A stretch of DNA of 59,958 nucleotides. Origin: Octopus bimaculoides. Lineage: Eukaryota. The stretch spans positions 39,771,193 to 39,831,150 of the forward strand of contig NC_068987.1 in the NCBI RefSeq assembly GCF_001194135.2, read 5' to 3'. Of this stretch, positions 50,440-59,958 are shown piece by piece. A model generated the notes under the pieces. It ran no database searches. It was not told the origin of the DNA and saw only the letters and a program-made list of their open reading frames with translations. Every line of letters begins with the position of its first letter. The first letter of the stretch is position 1. Made by a program: the position numbers and the translations under genes.

Positions 50440-51470
50440 TTCTTCTGTCATGGCCTGGAGGACAGCATTGCTACCTGGTTGTGAAGCTTGGGCTGTGAAT
50501 GCAGAGGAAATGTAAAGACTAAAAAGAAATTCACAACCTCAGTAGTGAAACATGGGCTGTGAATGCAGCAGACATGTGAAAGGTTGAAAGAAATGAAGCT
50601 AGCATGTTCTGCTGGATGCATCAGTGTGTATGTACAACAAAGTGTGAATGTGTTTAGAGAAAAATTAGGTAAAAGAGGCATCAAATATAGAGCACAAGAG
50701 AGAGAACTATAGTCATATGGTCATGTGATGCATATGGATGAAAACAGTTGCATAAAGAAGTACCAATCACCAAATGTGGATGAAATCTGTGGAGGTTGGA
50801 GACCCAGGATAAAATGGTGAAAGATGGCCTCCAGATGTTGAACCTCATAGAGGAAGCAGCTATGCTCCTGCACTCAATGTTCTGACAAATCTCTTCCCAA
50901 CTACTTGTCTTCCTAATACCTCCCCTCCAACTGAGTTCACCACTCACTGGGTTCCCCTCCTCTCTATCTCTCACTCTCATGAACTTACTTGCCCATTCAC
51001 CACATCCAATCCTTTGTACCAATTCACTAATACTCACTTCCCTGTTACTTGAGGGTAGGGCCTGACACATCTTCATCACCCTCTTCTCTTTCTCTCACTC
51101 TCTTCCAACTGGGGTAGCTATGTATCTCCTTTACAACACGACACCCGATTTTGTCCCTCTATCATACCTTAACCTCTCATTACCTGACATGAAGCTACTT
51201 CCCTCAACACTACTCTCCCACCTCAGCTAAAGAGTCTTGTCTTGCAAGTTATTTGGCAGTCTTGTTGGTGCTGGTGCCTGTAAAAACACCCAATACACTC
51301 TGTAAACTGATTGGTGTTTGAAATTTGAAAGGGCGTTTAACTGTAGAAATCATGCTAAAACAGACAGCAGAGCATGGCACAGTCCACTGGCTCACCAGCT
51401 CCTGTCAAACTATCCAACTGATGCCAGCATGGAAAACAGATGTTAAATGGTAATGAGGATGATGAGGATG
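50440..51470 (+). mobile_element. Decayed RTE C-terminal piece, C/T-rich spacer and RTE tail
   Basis: gtagtgaaacatgggctgtgaatgcag...aatgaagctagcatg aligns to 54110-54170. The tail 51230-51470 has gtagaaatcatg...ccagcatggaaaacagatgttaaa plus (GAT)n. Confidence 0.65.
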
Positions 51471-52199
51471 ATAATGATAATGATAAACAAACAATCTTTT
51501 TATAGAAGTAACAAATTTGCTTAATAAGAAAAATAACAACAGGAACATCGAGTACGAGCATCAATGTTTTAATATTTGTTTCTTTGATCATACTAACACG
51601 TCTGCCACACAGAATATCATTACTTATAGCAATATTACAATGAAGGAATATTCAACTATGTGAATATTTAATTCATTACCACAGTATCTATTTAACAATA
51701 GGCGGACAAATATATCTCTGACAATGTAATCTTATCTGTTTCACTCAAACATAACTTCAAATTTCTTGCCAAAAAACATAAAAGAAGATACTTTTAGTTT
51801 GAACAAGCAAGAAACGCTAAAAATGAAAATTGAATATACAAGTGAAAGATAATTATTGGTAAGTAACCTAAGTTTTATTGATTTCAGTCCAAAACAATGA
51901 AGAAACAGCATAAAAGAACAATAATTGGAAGATAGAAAATGAACCAAGAAAAAAATACTAATGATTTCTAACTTTGGTGCCATGCCTTAACTTGCAGAAG
52001 AAAAGGATATCGTCAATCAAAGAAATCCCAATGTATTTTCCTAGTGCTTATTTTTACTGATCAACCTCAGAATGAAATTTCAGATCAGAACTTTTTAAAA
52101 TATTGCATTGCATTTTGTCATGAACTCTAAAGGTCCAACATTACTGTAAAAACAAGAAACAATCCTCACTTCTGATACACCATTTTACTGATTCCATTT

Positions 52200-55180
52200 A
52201 CTGAGAATGGATGCCCAGAAGTAGACCAGCTTGGAGGAGAAGGGTCTGGAAGCTTAAAGATCCTGCAAATGGACAGAGATTTAGAAATGTCTTACTCGAA
52301 GCATTTGATGAAATAGAAGGGGATATAGCATCACACAATGTGGAAGACAACTGGAGGTTTCTATGGGACAACCTGCTGAGAGCCACCAACCAGATCTGTG
52401 GCTGGTGCAAAGTCCCCTCTCAACCCAAAGTAATGTGGTGGTGAAACAATGTGGTTGACAGTGGTATTAGACAAAAGAAACAGGTTTGGAAGGACTGGAA
52501 GAACAGAGGTAGCAGGGAATTGCATGAGACTGCCAGAAGGAAAGCTAGGAGACAGGTTTATTTAGCCAGAGGGGAAGCAGATAAGAAAAGATTTGCCAAT
52601 GTTCTGCGCCGTCAGGACCAAAGACTTGAAGTATTTTGTGTTGCAAGACAGTGTGTGAGAGAAAATCATGATGTCGTAGGAGAGATATGTGTCCACATGG
52701 ATGATGGCTCACTTGCACTAAATAAAACTGCAAAGAGAGAGGTTTGAAGACATTACTGTGAAAGGTTGCTTAATAAAGAGAATGAATGGGAGGAAGAGAG
52801 TCTGCCACATGTTGACCCAACAGAGGGACCAGCTATTCTAATTGACAGTACCTTAGTAGATAAAGTGATTGAGAGTATGAAGACAGGGAAAGCCCCTGGC
52901 CCATCAGGAATCACTGCAGAGATGCTCAAAATATCTGGCAGTGTTGGCTATAGCCTAGTCACCCGTATAGTTAATCAGGTGATACACAAAGGAGTCATAC
53001 CCAATGACTGGTATAGCAGTACCATAGTCAACTGCTACAATGGTAAAGGTGACGCTTTAGACACAAACAATTACAGAGGTATCAAGTTGTTGGACCAGGT
53101 AATGAAGGTCACGGAGAGGGTCATAGCCCAACTAATTAGGGAGAGAGTCAGTTTAGATGAGATGCAGTTTGGGTTCGTTCCAAGGAAAAGCACCACTGAT
53201 GCTATATTTCTGGTANNNNNNNNNNNNNNNNNNNNNNNNNNNNNNNNNNNNNNNNNNNNNNNNNNNNNNNNNNNNNNNNNNNNNNNNNNNNNNNNNNNNN
53301 NNNNNNNNNNNNNNNNNNNNNNNNNNNNNNNNNNNNNNNNNNNNNNNNNNNNNNNNNNNNNNNNNNNNNNNNNNNNNNNNNNNNNNNNNNNNNNNNNNNN
53401 NNNNNNNNNNNNNNNNNNNNNNNNNNNNNNNNNNNNNNNNNNNNNNNNNNNNNNNNNNNNNNNNNNNNNNNNNNNNNNNNNNNNNNNNNNNNNNNNNNNN
53501 NNNNNNNNNNNNNNNNNNNNNNNNNNNNNNNNNNNNNNNNNNNNNNNNNNNNNNNNNNNNNNNNGACCTTGCCCTAATTGCTGAGTCACTATCAGAACTA
53601 GAGGAGAAGTTTCAGGTGTAGAAGCAAGGACTAGAATCGAAGGGCCTTAGAGTCAAACTAGCTAAAACCAAAGTCCCAATAAGTAGGAAGGTAGACAAAA
53701 CACAAACCCCTTCAGGTAGATGGCCCTGCTCGATCTGTAGAAACTCCATTAGTTGTACCCAGTGTAAGCTATGGACACATAAGAGGTGCAGCAATATCAA
53801 AGGAAGGCTAACTAGCAAGATACTTTTTGTATGTGGCAGATGCTCAGGAGCAATAAACACTGAAAATGTGCAGAAAACAATCTTTGCCACATTCCAGGGT
53901 GAAGAACTAGAAGTAGTTGATAGCTTCCGCTAACTAGGTGACCAAGTTTGTAGCGGGGGAGGGTGCACTGAAAGTATAGCTGCTAGAATAAGAATAGCCT
54001 GGGCAAAGTTTAGACAGCTCTTACCTCTGCTGGTGACAAAGGGACTCTCACTCAGAGTAAAAGGGAGACTGTATGATGCATGTGTACGAACAGTCATGCT
54101 ACATGGCAGTGAAACATGGGCAGTGACTGCTGAGGGCATGCGTAAGCTCGCAAGAAACGAAGCTAGTATGCTCCGATGGATGTATAATGTCAGTGTGCAT
54201 ACTCGACAGAGTGTAAGTACCTTGAGAGAAAAGTTAGACCTAAGAAGCATCAGTTGTGGTGTGCAAGTGAGACGATTGCGCTGGTATGGACATGTGGCAA
54301 GAATGGATGAGGATAGTTGTGTGAAAAATGCCACACCCTAGTGGATGAGGGAACCTGTGGAAGAGGTAGACCCAGGAAGACCAGGGATGAGGTGGTGAAG
54401 CATGACCTTCGAATTTTAGGCCTCACCGGGGCAATGACCAGTGACCGGAGCCTTTGGAAATATGCAGTACGTGAGAAGACCCAGCAAGCCATGTGAGAGC
54501 ATAATCTGTGGCCTCTGCCAGAAGTGTAGCCAGCTCACTTATTCGTATCTTTACTTCATTGGACAGTAAACTCTGCTTGCGAAGACCTGTTGAGGCAAGT
54601 GAATTTGAAATCGAAATCGAACCAAATTCGACGACTGCCACCAATCCCAACCTCTCCTTCATTGGACACTAAACTCTGCTTGTGAAGACCTGTTGGGGCA
54701 AGTGAAATCGAAATCGTAATTGAACCATATTCGATGACTGTGCTAGTGGAGCACTAACAGCACTGTCTGAGTGTGATCATTGCCAGAGCAGCTGTCTGGC
54801 TTCCATGCTAGTTGCCCATAAATAGCACCATTTGGGCATGATCGTTACCAGCATCGCCTCACTGGCATGTTAGAAAATCATTCGAGTGAGGTCGTTGCCA
54901 GTGCCGCTGGACTGGCTCCTGTGCAGGTGACACGTAAAAAACACCATTTTGAGCGTGGCCGTTGCCAGTACCGTGTGACTGGGCCTCGTGCTGGTGGTAC
55001 GTAAAAGCACCCACTACACTCTTGGAGTGGTTGGCATTAGGAAGGACATCCAGCTGTAGAAACTCTGCTAGATCAGATTGGAGCCTGGTGCAGCCATCTG
55101 GTTCGCCAGTCCTCAGTCAATTCGTCCAACCCATGCTAGCACGGAAAGCGGACGTTAAACAATGATGATGATGATGATAT
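52200..55180 (+). mobile_element. 5'-truncated RTE-clade LINE, ~3 kb (RT, PHD-like finger, C-terminus, structured 3' UTR, (GAT)n tail); non-functional
   Basis: One frame from 52211 with stops at 52442 and 52745: KTGKAPGPSGITAEMLK...NYRGIKLLDQVMKVTERV...QFGFVPRKSTTDAIF, a gap, then DLALIAES...LHGSETW...RRLRWYGHVARM. Confidence 0.93.
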
Positions 55181-55433
55181 GGTTTAAGCTGTCCTTGACT
55201 AAATTTCAACTTAGATATACTCCTTCAATGTTTTGATTAATTTTGAAAAATAATCAAGAATTGAGAGTAAAGTAATTAACTTTTTTTAATATAAATCTTG
55301 TGTTGGAACATAACCAAATTTTCTTGGATTGGATTGGAACATAACCTAATTTTCTATGACTGGAAATTTTGATTTAAAAATGAACACCTTAAAACAGGCT
55401 GGTATACAAGAAGTTTACTACAACTACTAGTGG

Positions 55434-55465
<32 letters not shown>

Positions 55466-55771
55466 CATTGTCATTGGGGAGGGGGGGATATTATCACCAT
55501 CATAATTTTTACTTTTTCTTTTACATGCTAGCATGGGTTAAATAAGATTCTCAAAGTAGTTCTCTATGGCCAGGCACTCATCATGCAGGTAAGCTTTATT
55601 TGTTTTTCATAAGGTATTATTCTGCTGGCCAACAACTAAAAATGATTTTTATTGCTGGTTTAAACATTGACAATGTTTAAATATTGTCAAATTTTTTTAG
55701 GTTTTAAGTCTGTAAACAATATCAACACACAGATGGGAAGAGACAAACACACACACATACATACAAGCATG

Positions 55772-55802
<31 letters not shown>

Positions 55803-56039
55803 CATAAGGAGCCAGAAGAAATGGTGTCAAACATTTTGTCTGACACACTAACAATTCTACCTGCTCAACACTTTATACAACATTAATAGAGGGTGTGATT
55901 GATTAAATCAACCACACCTTCTCTCAAGATGTAATGGCCTCATACCTATGTTAGAAAATATTATTAAATATTATTAACAGGCTATAATGAATTGTGAATG
56001 TGGTATTTTTGGGAGTTTCCATTTGTAGTTGGACTGTGT

Positions 56040-57000
56040 CTATCAGTGTGCTGTCTCTGAGATGGAGGACAATGTCATGCCTGTCATGTTCTTGCACAAC
56101 CAGAAGCACAGGTATTTAATTTGCTGTTGGCACATTAAACCTGTATCCATGTTGACCAGATGGTTTCTTGTCTGATCTAATAACTACCTTGTAATCCATG
56201 GAGTCATGTGGAATTGTTTCAAGTGTTGTCTTGAAGCTCCTGATCAGGTGGTTGTTGTTGTCATGCAGCGTCTTTTGCAGAGACACTACAATATTCATCC
56301 TGATGCCAGAAATGTTCTTGCGCCTCTCTTACCCTTCTTGTTGAGAATCACCCATAAAATATATTTGAAGGAATTTTAGTGATTCATTTGACAGAGGTAG
56401 TAGAGAGACAATCTGATGATAAATCTGACCTTTGACCCTGAAAGTTTGCATGAATCCTGGCTCAGTTATATCTCTTGTGGCTCCAAATGATGTCATTTGT
56501 AGTGCAACATTGTACTGTCTAATTTTGTCTTGGAAGTGCTTGGAATTTTGGTCAGTTGATGACAACAGTTTCTTCAATGGCTCTAGAGGTTAGGGGAATG
56601 CAGGGAGTTTAACCTTTCCACCACTGCAGCACAGTGCAGGTGTCTCTCCAGACTACTTCTTTGCTTTACAATGTATGCACTCAGTTGTCATTGCACCAAT
56701 GGAAACCCTAGTGTCATAATGAACATAATGAACTGCTGGATCATAATTGAAAGCTGCTTCATAGAAGTTGCTTCTCTGAGCTGTTGCAACTGCTCTTCAT
56801 TCTGCAGTTGAGATCTTATTGCTTGTCAGTCGTGCATCTGTTCATCACTTTGAGGTGCTCTGACTTTTGTAGTGTACAGTCTGTTCGTTTGTTGGCATGC
56901 TTCCCTTTCTGCAGCTATCTCTCTTTCCCTGGACAGTGACATTCTTTTTTCTGGCCTTGATATTGTAGGCAAATTTGCATAAGTACAGATTTCTGTCCCC
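56040..57000 (-). mobile_element. Helitron RepHel N-terminal fragment (a different family from 47830-48180)
   Basis: AAFNYDP...IGAMTTECIHCKAKK*SGETPALCCSGGKVKLP...SKHFQDKIRQYNVALQMTSFGA...FRVKGQIYHQIVSLLP...KFLQIYFMGD...KKPSGQHGYRFNVPTAN. Confidence 0.88.
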
Positions 57001-58230
57001 TGCTCACTGACTTTGGATGATCATAACTTTCAGAAAAATGGATATTTTGTAATGAAATTGTCTACGAATATGTGTTATATCATGTAGATTCCAAATACAC
57101 GATCCCAGATAAGTCATCTTGGTAACATATTTCTGTGTACCAGACTTTTAGATGTAATTTTTAGCATAATGAGTTTTCTGGTGAGTGCTTCATTTGCCTT
57201 CATTGTCTGTTTATTGCTTCAGTAGAAATCTACGGATGCACAAACGGAGAAAATGAAACAAATATGGACGACTTGTTCAGAAACACCTGTAAGTGGGGAA
57301 CAGTTCTCAAAATTAGCTCCCTACTGTTTTCCCCTAAAATTCCTATGTCCTCGGAATCTACATAGTCTGAGGTATATTTGTAGAGAATTTCATTAAAAAA
57401 TATCCATTTTCTTGAAAATTAAGACAAATTGAAGTGAACGCCAGTGAATTTTCAGAAATATCCCACCCCCTCCTAAAACACTTATCCCACAAAATTTTGT
57501 ATATTGGAGCGGGGATGGAGGACAGAAATCTGTATTTATGTGGATAAATTTGACACTTTCCTCCTAGGCATCATTATATACAGAAATACATGAGTGCAGA
57601 AGATAGTAAACAATGAAAATAACTTGGTAACAGAAATTATATTTCTTAATACGACAGGCAAAAAGTAAATAAGAAATTTTAATGGACAATAAAGTATTGT
57701 ATGGGTTGAAGCAAAATTTGTCACTCAGTGAAGCAAAGAGCCAGTATCAAAGGAACCAGAAAGAAACCGTCAACAGAGAAAGCGAGTAGCCACATTGCCT
57801 TATTGTTTAGTATACATTACTACTCTTCTTGAGATTTTATAACTAGTTATTTTCCTTGTTGCAAATCAGTGACTGATGGTCACTTTGTTTATAATATATT
57901 GCTAGCAGAAGCGAATCCTAGCTATCATTCCAGTATGCAGGTGTGCATGGCTGAAGATGAGCCAAATAGCTTGAAGCCAGGCCAGTCTCATGATCCTGTT
58001 AGATGCTGGAGGGTAGAAGGGGTTTGCACCCCCTGGTAGTAATGTATTGTCTATAAAGGGTGCAGAACATTGCACTGAAAACAAGCTGATGAAGAATCTG
58101 TCTGAGGTTAAACTAGTAGTAACATTCAACTGCCACTTTGATGTGGCTACTCACTTTACAGTTTAGTATATGTTACTACTCATCTCTCCTTGAGATCTTA
58201 TAACTAGCTATTTTGCTTATACATACATAT

Positions 58231-58300
<70 letters not shown>

Positions 58301-59109
58301 GATGATATGAGGTTTTTGAGAAGACCCACCCACGTCAGCAAAACTGAGTTCTAGAAGCGTTGTGTCACACTCACACTTAAGAAAACTTCTCACACTCCAT
58401 ACCACAACAAATCAAACTACATCTCTCTTTGCTTCCTTACATTTCTACTTCATGCACTATACTTACCTCCCACTCCCCAATCATGTCCACTTGGCCTCGT
58501 CTCACTGTTATCCACTAGCCCCCAACCAGTGTGTTCCACCCACATGTAACAAGAAAACTTTTCATACACCATACCCCAATAAACCAATCTACATCTCTTC
58601 TCTTCCTCACATTTCCTCCTTCATACACTATGCATACCTCTCACTCCCCAATCCTTTCCTCATAGCCCTGTTTCTCTGTGTCATAGGTTTTCACCACTCA
58701 CTCCCCGCCATCTGCATTCTCTAATCATGCTTCTTTAACACTATCCAAACACTTATATCATGACATTCAAACCTCAAGGGTATGCTCTGGCACTTGCCAC
58801 TTTCTATATCTCTCTCTTCCTTTACTCAACCATTCCATTTATATTCTGATACTTGTCCCTTGTGTACATGCCTGGCACTTTGCCATCATCTCTATCCCAC
58901 ACTCTCTCCTTCTCCTGCACTTCCTTCAGCTTAGGTAACCATGTATCTCCTTTGTGGAAGCACACCTGTTTCTGTCTTCATTCCTGGTCTCTCTCTCTGG
59001 TCAGATAACTTTGTACCTCCTCTACAGGAAGACACCTGTTTCAGTCTCACTATAACCTTTCATCATCTGACACAAGATCATCTCCTCCAATGCCCCTTCC
59101 ACTCTCAAA

Positions 59110-59345
59110 AGATTTTTTTGTCTTGCAAGGTACTTGGTGACCCTGTCAGTGCAGGTGCCACTTAAAAAGCATCCAGTCCACACTGTAAAGTGGTTAGCAT
59201 TTGGAAGGGCATCCAGGTGTAAAAATCCTGTCAATACAGTCACAGAAGTCTGGTGCAAGCTTCTACCTGGCTGGCTCCTGTCAAACCATCCTACCCATGC
59301 CAGCATGAAAGGAGGACATTAAATGATGATCATGATCATGATGAT
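59110..59345 (+). mobile_element. Decayed RTE tail, preceded by a C/T-rich body from ~58340
   Basis: ggaagggcatccaggtgtaaaaatc...ccatgccagcatgaaaggaggacattaaatgatgatcatgatc. Confidence 0.7.
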
Positions 59346-59579
59346 ATATACATATAATATATATATTCTTTTACTTGTTTCAACCATTTGACTGCAGTCA
59401 TGCTGAAGCACTGCTTTAAAGGTTTTTTTTTAGTTGAAGAAATTGACCCAAGGACTTATTCTTTATAAGCCTAGTACTTATTCTACAGGTCTCTTTTGTT
59501 GAACCACTAAGTTAATGGGATATAAACACACCAACGCCAGTTGTCAAATGATGATGGAGGAACAAGCACAGACACAAAG

Positions 59580-59659
59580 ACACACATACATACATATATG
59601 TGTATATATATATATATACATACGTATATATATATATATATATGTGTGTATATATATAT

Positions 59660-59694
<35 letters not shown>

Positions 59695-59761
59695 CATACA
59701 TATATATATACATACATACATACATACATATATATATACATACATACATACATATATATAT

Positions 59762-59794
<33 letters not shown>

Positions 59795-59876
59795 CATACA
59801 TATATACATACATATATACATACATACATATATACATACATATATACATACATACATATATACATACATATATACA

Positions 59877-59910
<34 letters not shown>

Positions 59911-59958
59911 CATACATACATATATACATACATACATACATACATACATACATACATA
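59580..59958. repeat. (TA)n/(CATA)n microsatellite running off the window end
   Basis: Direct read. It accounts for the spurious MYVCMYVC ORFs. Confidence 0.97.

Noticed and set aside
52100-52165. Good acceptor tttttacag followed by VGPL, considered as the missing NFYADFGPLNL exon
   Set aside because: It reads NVGPLEFMTKCNAIF*, with no further similarity and an in-frame stop.
47830-56100. Idea that the two Helitron fragments are one element split by an ~8 kb inversion
   Set aside because: The fragments overlap by about 30 codons with clearly different sequence, so they are separate copies or families.

Overview
AT-rich, microsatellite-laden eukaryotic genomic DNA with five assembly gaps. 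The repeat content (tRNA-derived SINEs, RTE and Dong/R4 LINEs, (TA)n/(CATA)n/(TAA)n tracts) points to an octopus genome; this is inference, not a database result. The only host gene I can support is a minus-strand CDC14 dual-specificity phosphatase. Five small coding exons (93, 83, 67, 63 and 88 bp, all GT-AG, phases compatible) span 41101 to 8696 and splice into [133 protein letters not shown] did not find the upstream exons or the catalytic HCxxGxxR exon, so they lie outside the window or in a gap. Everything else is intron filled with decayed transposons: Dong/R4 and RTE LINEs, a Penelope-like fragment, Tc1, mariner, hAT (Charlie/Buster-type), Helitrons, a piggyBac-like element and SINEs. 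I see no new multi-gene system. The most interesting signals concern RNA structure and TE-host interaction: a ~1.2 kb foldback palindrome, an inverted Dong pair bracketing the 88-bp exon, Dong insertions at (TAA)n, a strong antisense bias of RTE copies, a PHD-like finger inside RTE ORF2, and candidate alternative-first and poison exons. All alignments were done by eye, so repeat boundaries are approximate.
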